DNA of 64,000 nucleotides from Nemertoderma westbladi. Lineage: Eukaryota > Animalia > Xenacoelomorpha. The notes below the pieces were generated by a model. That model made no database searches. It had not been told where the DNA came from and saw nothing but the letters and a program-made list of their open reading frames with translations. Below are positions 44,001-57,771 of this stretch, in pieces. Position numbers and translations under genes: made by a program. Position 1 is the stretch's first letter. Every line of letters starts with the position of its first letter. The stretch lies in assembly GCA_032718475.1 (NCBI GenBank), contig JAUCBJ010009136.1:207572-271571 (forward strand), read 5' to 3'.

Positions 44001-47000
44001 TTATTGACCATTACAGTGCTATGTTGAGTGTAGACGCCCGCTTAATGTAACGAAAACGAAAGAAAGTTATTGACCATTACAGTGCTATGTTGGGTGTAGA
44101 CGCCCGCTTAGTGTAACAAAAGTGAAGGAAAGTTATTGACCATTACAGTGCTATGTTGGGTGTAGACGCCCGCTTAGTGTAACAAAAGTGAAGGAAAGTT
44201 ATTGACCATTACAGTGCTATGTTGGGTGTAGACGCCCGCTTAGTGTAACGAAAACGAAAGAAAGTTATTGACCATTACAGTGCTATGTTGAGTGTAGGCG
44301 CCCGCTTAGTGTAACGAAAACGAAAGAAAGTTATTGACCATTACAGTGCTATGTTGAGTGTAGACGCCCGCTTAGTGTAACGAAAGCGAAAGAAAGTTAT
44401 TGACCATTACAGTGCTATGTTGGGTGTAGACGCCCGCTTAGTGTAACAAAGGCGCAAGAAAGTTATTGACCATTACAGTGCTATGTTGAGTGTAGACGCC
44501 CACTTAGTGTAACGAAAACGAAAGAAAGTTATTGACCATTACAGTGCTATGTTTGGTGTAGTATAGACGCCCGCTTAGTGTAACGAAAGCGAAAGAAAGT
44601 TATTGACCATTACAGTGCTATGTTGGGTATAGACGCCTGCTTAGTGTAACGAAAGTGAAAGAAAGTTATTGACCATTACAGTGCTATGTTGGGTGTAGAC
44701 GCCCGCTTAGTGTAACGAAGGCGAAAGAAAGTTATTGACCATTACAGTGCTATGTTGGGTGTAGACGCCCGCTTAGTGTAACGAAAGTGAAAGAAAGTTA
44801 TTGACCATTACAGTGCTATGTTGAGTGTATCCGCCCGCTTAGTGTAACGAAAGTGAAAGAAAGTTATTGACCATTACAGTGCTATGTTGGGTGTAGACGC
44901 CCGATTAGTGTAACAAAAGTGAAAGAAAGTTATTGACCATTACAGTGCTATGTTGAGTGTAGACGCCCGCTTAGTGTAACGAAAGTGAAAGGAAGTTATT
45001 GACCATTACAGTGCTATGTTGGGTGTAGACGCCCGCTTAGTGTAACAAAGGCGCAAGAAAGTTATTGACCATTACAGTGCTATGTTGAGTGTAGACGCCC
45101 GCTTAGTGTAACGAAAGCGAAAGAAAGTTATTGACCATTACAGTGCTATGTTGGGTGTAGACGCCTGCTTAGTGTAACGAAGGCGAAAGAAAGTTATTGA
45201 CCATTACTGTGCTATGTTGGGTGTAGTGTAGACGCCGCTTAGTGTAACGAAAGCGAAAGAAAGTTATTGACCATTACAGTGCTATGTTGGGTGTAGACGC
45301 CCGCTTAGTGTAACAAAGGCGCAAGAAAGTTATTGACCATTACAGTGCTATGTTGAGTGTAGACGCCCGCTTAGTGTAACGAAAACGAAAGAAAGTTATT
45401 GACCATTACAGTGCTATGTTGAGTGTAGACGCCCGCTTAGTGTAACGAAAGTGAAAGAAAGTTATTGACCAGTACAGTGCTATGTTGGGTGTAGACGCCC
45501 GCTTAGTGTAACGAAACGAAAGAAAGTTTTGACCATTACAGTGCTATGTTGAGTGTAGACGCCCGCTTAGTGTAACAAAGGCGCAAGAAAGTTATTGACC
45601 ATTACAGTGCTATGTTGAGTGTAGACGCCCGCTTAATGTAACGAAAACGAAAGAGAGTTATTGACCATTACAGTGCTATGTTGAGTGTAGACGCCCGCTT
45701 AGTGTAACAAAGGCGCAAGAAAGTTATTGACCATTACAGTGCTATGTTGAGTGTAGACGCCCGCTTAATGTAACGAAAACGAAAGAAAGTTATTGACCAT
45801 TACAGTGCTATGTTGAGTGTAGACGCCCGCTTAATGTAACGAAAACGAAAGAAAGTTATTGACCATTACAGTGCTATGTTGAGTGTAGACGCCCGCTTAG
45901 TGTAACGAAAACGAAAGAAAGTTATTGACCATTACAGTGCTATGTTGAGTGTAGACGCCCGCTTAGTGTAACGAAAACGAAAGAAAGTTATTGACCATTA
46001 CAGTGCTATGTTGAGTGTAGACGCCCGCTTAGTGTAACAAAGGCGCAAGAAAGTTATTGACCATTACAGTGCTATGTTCAGTGTAGACGCCCGCTTAATG
46101 TAACGAAAACGAAAGAAAGTTATTGACCATTACAGTGCTATGTTGAGTGTAGACGCCCGCTTAGTGTAACGAAAACGAAAGAAAGTTATTGACCATTACA
46201 GTGCTATGTTGAGTGTAGACGCCCGCTTAATGTAACGAAAACGAAAGAAAGTTATTGACCATTACAGTGCTATGTTGGGTGTAGACGCCCGCTTAGTGTA
46301 ACAAAAGTGAAGGAAAGTTATTGACCATTACAGTGCTATGTTGGGTGTAGACGCCCGCTTAGTGTAACAAAAGTGAAGGAAAGTTATTGACAATTACAGT
46401 GCTATGTTGGGTGTAGACGCCCGCTTAGTGTAACGAAAACGAAAGAAAGTTATTGACCATTACAGTGCTATGTTGAGTGTAGGCGCCCGCTTAGTGTAAC
46501 GAAAACGAAAGAAAGTTATTGACCATTACAGTGCTATGTTGAGTGTAGACGCCCGCTTAGTGTAACGAAAGCGAAAGAAAGTTATTGACCATTACAGTGC
46601 TATGTTGGGTGTAGACGCCCGCTTAGTGTAACAAAGGCGCAAGAAAGTTATTGACCATTACAGTGCTATGTTGAGTGTAGACGCCCACTTAGTGTAACGA
46701 AAACGAAAGAAAGTTATTGACCATTACAGTGCTATGTTTGGTGTAGTATAGACGCCCGCTTAGTGTAACGAAAGCGAAAGAAAGTTATTGACCATTACAG
46801 TGCTATGTTGGGTATAGACGCCTGCTTAGTGTAACGAAAGTGAAAGAAAGTTATTGACCATTACAGTGCTATGTTGGGTGTAGACGCCCGCTTAGTGTAA
46901 CGAAGGCGAAAGAAAGTTATTGACCATTACAGTGCTATGTTGGGTGTAGACGCCCGCTCAGTGTAACGAAAACGAAAGAAAGTTATTGACCATTACAGTG

Positions 47001-50000
47001 CTATGTTGAGTGTAGACGCCCGCTTAGTGTAACGAAAACGAAAGAAAGTTATTGACCATTACAGTGCTATGTTGAGTGTAGACGCCCGCTTAGTGTAACA
47101 AAGGCGCAAGAAAGTTATTGACCATTACAGTGCTATGTTGAGTGTAGACGCCCGCTTAATGTAACGAAAACGAAAGAAAGTTGTTGACCATTACAGTGCT
47201 ATGTTGAGTGTAGACGCCCGCTTAGTGTAACAAAGGCGCGAGAAAGTTATTGATCATTACAGTGCTATGTTGAGTGTAGACGCCCGCTTAATGTAACGAA
47301 AACGAAAGAAAGTTATTGACCATTACAGTGCTATGTTGAGTGTAGACGCCCGCTTAATGTAACGAAAACGAAAGAAAGTTATTGACCATTACAGTGCTAT
47401 GTTGAGTGTAGACGCCCGCTTAATGTAACGAAAACGAAAGAAAGTTATTGACCATTACAGTGCTATGTTGGGTGTAGACGCCCGCTTAGTGTAACAAAAG
47501 TGAAGGAAAGTTATTGACCATTACAGTGCTATGTTGGGTGTAGACGCCCGCTTAGTGTAACAAAAGTGAAGGAAAGTTATTGACCATTACAGTGCTATGT
47601 TGGGTGTAGACGCCCGCTTAGTGTAACGAAAACGAAAGAAAGTTATTGACCATTACAGTGCTATGTTGAGTGTAGGCGCCCGCTTAGTGTAACGAAAACG
47701 AAAGAAAGTTATTGACCATTACAGTGCTATGTTGAGTGTAGACGCCCGCTTAGTGTAACGAAAGCGAAAGAAAGTTATTGACCATTACAGTGCTATGTTG
47801 GGTGTAGACGCCCGCTTAGTGTAACAAAGGCGCAAGAAAGTTATTGACCATTACAGTGCTATGTTGAGTGTAGACGCCCACTTAGTGTAACGAAAACGAA
47901 AGAAAGTTATTGACCATTACAGTGCTATGTTTGGTGTAGTATAGACGCCCGCTTAGTGTAACGAAAGCGAAAGAAAGTTATTGACCATTACAGTGCTATG
48001 TTGGGTATAGACGCCTGCTTAGTGTAACGAAAGTGAAAGAAAGTTATTGACCATTACAGTGCTATGTTGGGTGTAGACGCCCGCTTAGTGTAACGAAGGC
48101 GAAAGAAAGTTATTGACCATTACAGTGCTATGTTGGGTGTAGACGCCCGCTTAGTGTAACGAAAGTGAAAGAAAGTTATTGACCATTACAGTGCTATGTT
48201 GAGTGTATCCGCCCGCTTAGTGTAACGAAAGTGAAAGAAAGTTATTGACCATTACAGTGCTATGTTGGGTGTAGACGCCCGATTAGTGTAACAAAAGTGA
48301 AAGAAAGTTATTGACCATTACAGTGCTATGTTGAGTGTAGACGCCCGCTTAGTGTAACGAAAGTGAAAGGAAGTTATTGACCATTACAGTGCTATGTTGA
48401 GTGTAGACCATTACAGTGCTATGTTGAGTGAAGACGCCCGCTTAGTGTAACGAAAGCGAAAGAAAGTTATTGACCATTACAGTGCTATGTTGGGTGTAGA
48501 CGCCCGCTTAGTGTAACGAAGGCAAAATAAAGTTATTGACCATTACAGTGCTATGTTGAGTGCAGACGCCCGCTTAGTGTAATGAAAGCGGAAGAAAATT
48601 ATTGACCATTACAGTGCTATGTTGGGTGTAGACGCCTGCTTAGTGTAACGAAGGCGAAAGAAAGTTATTGACCATTACTGTGCTATGTTGGGTGTAGTGT
48701 AGACGCCGCTTAGTGTAACGAAAGCGAAAGAAAGTTATTGACCATTACAGTGCTATGTTGGGTGTAGACGCCCGCTTAGTGTAACAAAGGCGCAAGAAAG
48801 TTATTGACCATTACAGTGCTATGTTGAGTGTAGACGCCCGCTTAGTGTAACGAAAACGAAAGAAAGTTATTGACCATTACAGTGCTATGTTGAGTGTAGA
48901 CGCCCGCTTAGTGTAACGAAAGTGAAAGAAAGTTATTGACCAGTACAGTGCTATGTTGGGTGTAGACGCCCGCTCAGTGTAACGAAAACGAAAGAAAGTT
49001 ATTGACCATTACAGTGCTATGTTGAGTGTAGACGCCCGCTTAGTGTAACGAAAACAAAAGAAAGTTATTGACCATTACAGTGCTATGTTGAGTGTAGACG
49101 TCCGCTCAGTGTAACGAAAACGAAAGAAAGTTATTGACCATTACAGTGCTATGTTGAGTGTAGACGCCCACTTAGTGTAACGAAAACGAAAGAAAGTTAT
49201 TGACCATTACAGTGCTATGTTGAGTGTAGACGCCCGCTTAGTGTAACAAAGGTGCAAGAAAGTTATTGACCATTACAGTGCTATGTTGAGTGTAGACACC
49301 CGCTTAATGTAACGAAAACGAAAGAGAGTTATTGACCATTACAGTGCTATGTTGAGTGTAGACGCCCGCTTAATGTAACGAAAACGAAAGAAAGTTATTG
49401 ACCATTACAGTGCTATGTTGAGTGTAGACGCCCGCTTAGTGTAACGAAAACGAAAGAAAGTTATTGACCATTACAGTGCTATGTTGAGTGTAGACGCCCG
49501 CTTAGTGTAACGAAAACGAAAGAAAGTTATTGACCATTACAGTGCTATGTTGAGTGTAGACGCCCGCTTAATGTAACGAAAACGAAAGAAAGTTATTGAC
49601 CATTACAGTGCTATGTTGAGTGTAGACGCCCGCTTAGTGTAACGAAAACGAAAGAAAGTTATTGACCATTACAGTGCTATGTTGAGTGTAGACGCCCGCT
49701 TAATGTAACGAAAACGAAAGAAAGTTATTGACCATTACAGTGCTATGTTGAGTGTAGACGCCCGCTTAGTGTAACGAAAACGAAAGAAAGTTATTGACCA
49801 TTACAGTGCTATGTTGAGTGTAGACGCCCGCTTAGTGTAACGAAAACGAAAGAAAGTTATTGACCATTACAGTGCTATGTTGAGTGTAGACGCCCGCTTA
49901 GTGTAACGAAAGCGAACGAAAGTTATTGACCATTACAGTGCTATGTTGGGTGTAGACGCCCGCTTAGTGTAACAAAGGCGCAAGAAAGTTATTGACCATT

Positions 50001-53000
50001 ACAGTGCTATGTTGAGTGTAGACGCCCACTTAGTGTAACGAAACGAAAGAAAGTTATTGACCATTACAGTGCTATGTTGAGTGTAGACGCCCGCTTAGTG
50101 TAACGAAAGTGAAAGAAAGTTATTGACCATTACAGTGCTATGTTTGGTGTAGTATAGACGCCCGCTTAGTGTAACGAAAGCGAAAGAAAGTTATTGACCA
50201 TTACAGTGCTATGTTGGGTATAGACGCCCGCTAAGTGTAACGAAAGTGAAAGAAAGTTATTGACCATTACAGTGTTATGTTGGGTGTAGTGTAGACGCCC
50301 GCTTAGTGTAACGAAAGCGCTAGAAAGTTATTGACCATTACAGTGCTATGTTGGGTGTAGACGCCCGCTTAGTGTAACGAAAGTGAAAGAAAGTTATTGA
50401 CCATTACAGTGCTATGTTGGGTGTAGACGCCCGCTTAGTGTAACGAAGGCGAAAGAAAGTTATTGACCATTACAGTGCTATGTTGGGTGTAGACGCCCGC
50501 TTAGTGTAACGAAAGCGAAAGAAAGTTATTGACCATTACAGTGCTATGTTGGGTGTAGTGTAGATGCCCGCTTAGTGTAACGAAAGCTAAAGAAAGTTAT
50601 TGACCATTACAGTGCTATGTTGGGTGTAGTGTAGATGCCCGCTTAGTGTAACGAAGGCGAAAGAAAGTTATTGACCATTACAGTGCTATGTTGGGTGTTG
50701 ACGCCCGCTTAGTGTAACAAAAGCGAAAGAAAGTTATTGACCATTACAGTGCTATGTTGGGTGTAGTGTAGATGCCCGCTTAGTGTAACGAAAACGAAAG
50801 AAAGTTATTGACCATTACAGTGCTATGTTGGGTGTAGATGCCCGCTTAGTGTAACGAAAGCGGAAGAAAGTTATTGACCATTACAGTGCTATGTTGGGTG
50901 TAGATGCCCGCTTAGTGTAACGAAAGCGGAAGAAAGTTATTGACCATTACAGTGCTATGTTGGGTGTAGACGCCCGCTTAGTGTAACGAAAGCGAAAGAA
51001 AGTTATTGACCATTACAGTGCTATGTTGGGTGTAGATGCCCGCTTAGTGTAACGAAAGCGGAAGAAAGTTATTGACCATTACAGTGCTATGTTGGGTGTA
51101 GACGCCCGCTTAGTGTAACGAAAGCGAAAGAAAGTTATTGACTATTACAGTGCTATGTTGGGTGTAGACGCCAGCTTAGTGTAACGAAAGCGAAAGAAAG
51201 TTATTGACCATTACAGTGCTATGTTGAGTGTAGACGCCCGCTTAGTGTAACGAAAGTGGATGGACTGGATGGCACATTCACAAGAATGCTACGCCGGATT
51301 CATTGTGTCAGGTACAATGCACACATCTCCAACCAGACACTATATAACATTGGAGGTGTCTCATTGGTTCCCCCAAGCTTGACACTAGAACAAAATTGCC
51401 TCCGCTTTGCAGGACATTGCTTTCGCCGTGAGGACCAGCCAGTGCATAATCTTGTACTTTGGCAGCCTCATGGAGTGAATAAGCATGGTGGACAGCCCAT
51501 GACTTTCTTGAGACGCATCTTAAAGGACACTGGCCTTGAAGATGCGGATGATCTAGCAAATGTCATGGGTGATAGGGAGTTGTGGCGGTGCAATTTTGTT
51601 GACAAGCCGGCACAGCATTCTTAAAAATGCAGCTGCAATGCAGCATGCCGATCCTAGTAGTAGTAGTAGTAGTAACGAAAGTGAAAGAAAGTTATTGACC
51701 ATTACAGTGCTATGTTGGGTGTAGACGCCCGCTTAGTGTAACAAAAGTGAAGGAAAGTTATTGACCATTACAGTGCTATGTTGGGTGTAGACGCCCGCTT
51801 AGTGTAACGAAAGTGAAAGAAAGTTATTGACCATTACAGTGCTATGTTGGGTGTAGACGCCCGCTTAGTGTAACAAAAGTGAAGGAAAGTTATTGACCAT
51901 TACAGTGCTATGTTGGGTGTAGACGCCCGCTTAGTGTAACGAAAGTGAAAGAAAGTTATTGACCATTACAGTGCTATGTTGGGTGTAGACGCCCGCTTAG
52001 TGTAACAAAAGTGAAGGAAAGTTATTGACCATTACAGTGCTATGTTGGGTGTAGACGCCCGCTTAGTGTAACGAAGGCGAAAGAAAGTTATTGACCATTA
52101 CAGTGCTATGTTGGGTGTATACGCCCGCTTAGTGTAACAAAAGTGAAGGAAAGTTATTGACCATTACAGTGCTATGTTGAGTGTAGACGCCCGCTTAGTG
52201 TAACGAAAACGAAAGAAAGTTATTGACCATTACAGTGCTATGTTGGGTGTAGACGCCCGCTTAGTGTAACGAAAGCGAAAGAAAGTTATTGACCATTACA
52301 GTGCTATGTTGGGTGTAGACGCCCGCTTAGTGTAACGAAAGTGAAAGAAAGTTATTGACCATTACAGTGTTATGTTGGGTGTAGACGCCCGCTTAGTGTA
52401 ACGGAAGTGAAAGAAAGTTATTGACCATTACAGTGCTATGTTGGGTGTAGACGCCCGCTTAGTGTATCAAAAGTGAAGGAAAGTTATTGACCATTACAGT
52501 GCTATGTTGGGTGTAGACGCCCGCTTAGTGTAACGAAAGTGAAAGAAAGTTATTGACCATTACAGTGCTATGTTGGGTGTAGACGCCCGCTTAGTGTAAC
52601 AAAAGTGAAGGAAAGTTATTGACCATTACAGTGCTATGTTGGGTGTAGACGCCCGCTTAGTGTAACGAAAGTGAAAGAAAGTTATTGACCATTACAGTGC
52701 TATGTTGGGTGTATACGCCCGCTTAGTGTAACAAAAGTGAAGGAAAGTTATTGACCATTACAGTGCTATGTTGGGTGTAGACGCCCGCTTAGTGTAACGA
52801 AAGCGAAAGAAAGTTATTGACCATTACAGTGCTATGTTGGGTGTAGACGCCCGCTTAGTGTAATGAAAGTGAAAGAAAGTTATTGACCATTACAGTGCTA
52901 TGTTGGGTGTAGACGCCCGCTTAGTGTAACAAAAGTGAAGGAAAGTTATTGACCATTACAGTGCTATGTTGAGTGTAGACGCCCGCTTAGTGTAACAAAA

Positions 53001-53418
53001 GTGAAGGAAAGTTATTGACCATTACAGTGCTATGTTGAGTGTAGACGCCCGCTTAGTGTAACGAAAGTGAAAGAAAGTTATTGACCATTACAGTGCTATG
53101 TTGGGTGTAGACGCCCTCTTAGTGTAACAAAAGTGAAGGAAAGTTATTGACCATTACAGTGCTATGTTGAGTGTAGACGCCCGCTTAGTGTAACGAAAGT
53201 GAAAGAAAGTTATTGACCATTACAGTGCTATGTTGAGTGTAGACGCCCGCTTAGTGTAACGAAAGTGAAAGAAAGTTATTGACCATTACAGTGCTATGTT
53301 GAGTGTAGACGCCCGCTTAGTGTAACGAAAGCGAAAGAAAGTTATTGACCATTACAGTGCTATGTTGGGTGTAGACCATTACAGTGCTATGTTGGGTGTA
53401 GACCATTACAGTGCTATG
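41087..53418. repeat. Tandem array 4, 66-bp unit, roughly 180 copies
   Basis: Unit ttattgaccattacagtgctatgttg(a/g)gtgtagacgcccgcttagtgtaacgaaagcgaaagaaag; period 66 measured 41091 to 41157. Confidence 0.98.
51259..51671 (+). mobile_element. 5'-truncated RTE-like LINE inserted in array 4
   Basis: RMLRRI...LRFAGHCFR...; (tag)n tail; 12-bp TSD gtaacgaaagtg at 51247-51258 and 51672-51683. Confidence 0.92.
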
Positions 53419-53604
53419 CCTATAACAAATACCTCGAAAAATACAGCTTGCCAACACATTGTTACTATCAATCTCTAAGACTTCTGTTACGCTATTGGGC
53501 AGGGCGTTCAGATTGCTATTCCACTGTACGCACTCGAGTTCGGGAAAATAGGGTATTTTTGCCTGGATTTGGGCTTTTGTTTTGCGGTGCTTGTTTGCTG
53601 TCCA

Positions 53605-55880
53605 AGCGATGGAGGCTGTCCGAGCGATGGAGGATGTCCCAGCGATGGAGGCTGTCCCAGCGATGGAGGCTGTCCCAGCGATGGAGGCTGTCCCGGCGAT
53701 GGCGGCTGTCCCAGCGATGGAGGCTGTCCCAGCAATGGAGGCTGTCCCAACAATGGAGGCTGTCCCAGCAATGGAGGCTGTCCCAGCGATGGAGGCTGTC
53801 CCAGCGATGGAGGCTGTCCCAGCGATGGAGGCCGTTCCAGCGATGGAGGCTGCCCCAGCAATGGAGGCTGTCCCCGCGATGGAGGCTGTGCCAGCGATGG
53901 AGGCTGTGCCAGCGATGGAGGCTGTCCCAGCGCTGGAGGCTGTCCCAGCGATGGAGGCTGTCCCAGCGATGGAGGCTGTCCCAGCGATGGAGGCTGTCCC
54001 AGCGATGGAGGCTGTCCCAGCGATGGAGGCTGTCCCAGCGATGGAGGCCGTCCCAGCGATGGAGGCTGTCCCAGCGATAGAGGCTGTCCCAGCGCTGGAG
54101 GCTGTCCCAGCGATGGAGGCTGTCCCAGCGATGGAGGCTGTCCCAGCGATGGAGGATGTCCCAGCGATGGAGGCTATCCCAGCGATGGAGGCTGTCCCAG
54201 CGATGGAGGCTGTCCCAGCGATGGAGGCCGTTCCAGCGATGGAGGCTGCCCCAGCAATGGAGGCTGTCCCAGCGATGGAGGCTGTGCCAGCGATGGAGGC
54301 TGTCCCAGCGATGGAGGCTGTCCCAGCGATGGAGGCTGTCCCAGCGATGGAGGCTGTCCCAGCGATGGAGGCTGTCCCAGCGATGGAGGCTGTCCCAGCG
54401 ATGGAGGCCGTCCCAGCGATGGAGGCTGTCCCAGCGATGGAGGCTGTCCCAGCGATGGAGGCTGTCCCAGCGATGGAGGCTGTCCCAGCGATGGAGGCTG
54501 TCCCAGCGATGGAGGCCGTCCCAGCGATGGAGGCTGTCCCAGCGATCGAGGCTGTCCCAGCGATGGAGGCTGTCCCAACAATGGAGGCTGTCCCAGCAAT
54601 GGAGGCTGTCCCAGCGATGGAGGCTGTCCCAGCGATGGAGGCTGTCCCAGCGATGGAGGCCGTTCCAGCGATGGAGGCTGCCCCAGCAATGGAGGCTGTC
54701 CCAGCGATGGAGGCTGTGCCAGCGATGGAGGCTGTGCCAGCGATGGAGGCTGTCCCAGCGCTGGAGGCTGTCCCAGCGATGGAGGCTGTCCCAGCGATGG
54801 AGGCCGTCCCAGCGATGGAGGCTGTCCCAGCGATGGAGGCCGTTCCAGCGATGGAGGCTGCCCCAGCAATGGAGGCTGTCCCAGCGATGGAGGCTGTCCC
54901 AGCGATGGAGGCTGTCCCGGCGATGGCGGCTGTCCCAGTGATGGAGGCTGTCCCAGCAATGGAGGCTGTCCCAACAATGGAGGCTGTCCCAGCAATGGAG
55001 GCTGTCCCAGCGATGGAGGCTGTCCCAGCGATGGAGGCTGTCCCAGCGATGGAGGCCGTTCCAGCGATGGAGGCTGCCCCAGCAATGGAGGCTGTCCCAG
55101 CGATGGAGGCTGTGCCAGCGATGGAGGCTGTCCCAGCGATGGAGGCCGTTCCAGCGATGGAGGCTGCCCCAGCAATGGAGGCTGTCCCAGCGATGGAGGC
55201 TGTGCCAGCGATGGAGGCTGTGCCAGCGATGGAGGCTGTCCCAGCGCTGGAGGCTGTACCAGCGATGGAGGATGTCCCAGCGATGGAGGCTGTCCCAGCG
55301 ATGGAGGCTGACCCAGCGATGGAGGCTGTCCCAGCGATGGAGGCTGTCCCAGCGATGGAGGCTGTCCCAGCGATGGAGGCCGCCCCAGCGATGGAGGCTG
55401 TCCCAGCGATAGAGGCTGTCCCAGCGATGGAGGCTTTTGCCAGCGATGGAGGCTGTGCCAGCGATGGAGGCTGTCCCAGCGCTGGAGGCTGTCCCAGCGA
55501 TGGAGGATGTCCCAGCGATGGAGGCTGTCCCAGCGATGGAGGCTGACCCAGCGATGGAGGCTGTCCCAGCGCTGGAGGCTGTCCCAGCGATGGAGGCTGT
55601 CCCAGCGATGGAGGCTGTCCCAGCGCTGGAGGCTGTCCCAGCGATGGAGGCTGTCCCAGCGATGGAGGCTGTCCCAGCGATGGAGGCTGTCCCAGCGATG
55701 GAGGCCGTCCCAGCGATGGAGGCTGACCCAGCGATGGAGGCTGTCCCAGCGCTGGAGGCTGTCCCAGCGATGGAGGCTGTCCCAGCGATGGAGGCTGTCC
55801 CAGCGATGGAGGCTGTCCCAGCGATGGAGGCCGTCCCAGCGATGGAGGCTGTCCCAGCGATAGAGGCTGTCCCAGCGATG
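53605..55880. repeat. Tandem array 5, GC-rich 18-bp unit, roughly 126 copies
   Basis: Unit ggaggctgtcccagcgat. Confidence 0.97.
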
Positions 55881-57771
55881 CGTTAAGTTATTTACATTTA
55901 CGCAAATATAATAAGTCTTACCTTCTCGAAAGATAAGTTTATTCTGCTGAACAGCAGCAATGAAGCCTTTGCTTCTATTAAATACGGCGGTACCTGTTAG
56001 GCTTTTACTGCAAGGGACACCAGACTCTTTAATTCTACGTCACCTTTAATATAGATCATGGCATAAAATACAACACCCAATTAACAAACGAGGCATACCT
56101 TCTTGGTAGTGACCGATAAATGACAAAACCCTGCAGCACCCTGCACTAAGGATTACACCCAAAAATTTTCGCCCAAAATCGATCCTTTAAATTTATGGCT
56201 CGTTTGAAAGGTTTTTTGAAGATCTTGAATATATTTATATTTAATAAATTAATTCTATTAAAAAATGATAATTTAAAAAATCTGATTGATAGCAGGTTCG
56301 AAGGTATCGTGTCAAAAAAAAGTTGGTTCCAAAAAATTTGGGGCTATATCAAGGGGCTGAGTTTTTAGTGAAATATTTAATTCCGCCACTCGCCGCTAGA
56401 GGGATGCTAAACATTTTCTAATTTCCATTTTTGTTGCTATTTGACCCCCCCCCCCCCCCCCCCATACCCTTCCACCCATTCTCCACATTTTTCCCCATTA
56501 GGAATGATTTCTACATTTCGACTTATGGAATCTGGTTTTCCCAGTCGCACGAATTTTTCCCGTCTGTACGACACGTATTCCCCAATCCTCCCAGCCAATC
56601 TGTTACGCCTGGATTCCAGACTATTTTGTAAGGTAGGCCCTCCCGTGGGACCATAACCCTCTATTGTAAATATTCTATATGTTTCTGGGTCCTACTACTC
56701 TATTGGAATAGCCTTCCTTATATATTTATATTTATAGTAGAATAACAGTGGTCCACTGTGGATGAATATGTAAAGCATATCAGGATACAGTCTGTCCTCA
56801 TAACACGAATTTTTGCTTACAAATATTGTTTTAAAAAAAGTTGCGATTTTCACACAAAATTTATCAAACTATGATTTCCTGAGTTATCTAACTCACTCAC
56901 AACTCATTTACCTTCACAACACATTCATTCTAATAGTTTGATGTAGCATGGTGATTTGTTGCATTGTATGTCTTCATACATACCTTACCCAGAATATGTT
57001 TATTTAAATTGGGCACCCCCCCCCCCCCCCCCCTCCTAATTTCTGTACACATTTGAAATAAATATAGTCTTCCAAATTTATGGTGGCTATACATATTTAC
57101 ACACAAGTGGCCAAACCACTTACTTACCTCCATCTATAATTATAGCGGACCGCAGCTATTATTTGTGAACCGATTGAGTTAGAACCTATGATTCTAATCC
57201 TATGTGCATCTGATTTTCGTTGATAAATTATTTATAGTGGAGGCGTTCGAAATTTCAACCGGCACTACTATGTTTTGGACACAACCGCCTACAAAAATTG
57301 TTTGCTTCAATATATTGATTATTTTACTATTGCATCTTGTTCTAGAACACATTTATCGTTAAAAAAAATGTTTTTATTATTTCTAGAACATTAGCTATTT
57401 TAGTACTAACTAAGAGCTAATATGGCTATGACGCAACCCATTATTGAATCCATTTAAATAGATATTTGTCATCAAAAAATGTACTAGAACATATTGTCTA
57501 TTAATTGTTTTTATTTATTTGTTTTAGAACAAATAATTGTTGTTCTAGAACAAAATTAATTAATTAGGTTTTTTGTTGTTATCAAAGCTAGTATTCCTTA
57601 CTTTTTAAAAATGGTCGTCATTCATTTTGGTAAAAAGTAATGTTCTAGAACAAATATTATTTGTTCTACCTGTTGTACTACTTTGTTCTACTAGTTGTTT
57701 TGATAAATTGTGGTGTTTTTTTATTTTTTATTTTTGTTAAAGAATAACTTTAGTGTAACTGATGAAATATT

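Noticed and set aside
4209-53418. CRISPR-like appearance of arrays with palindromic units
   Set aside because: Units are head-to-tail with no unique spacers; there are no cas genes and the context is eukaryotic.
53448-55886. Long ORFs (GGCPSD, MEAVPA, SQRWRL, GQPPSL repeats)
   Set aside because: The 18-bp unit is stop-free in several frames on both strands; there are no convincing starts and the frames shift within the array, so these are repeat artefacts.
56601-56747. Possible solo LTR (tgtta...taaca)
   Set aside because: No TSD and no second copy in the window.
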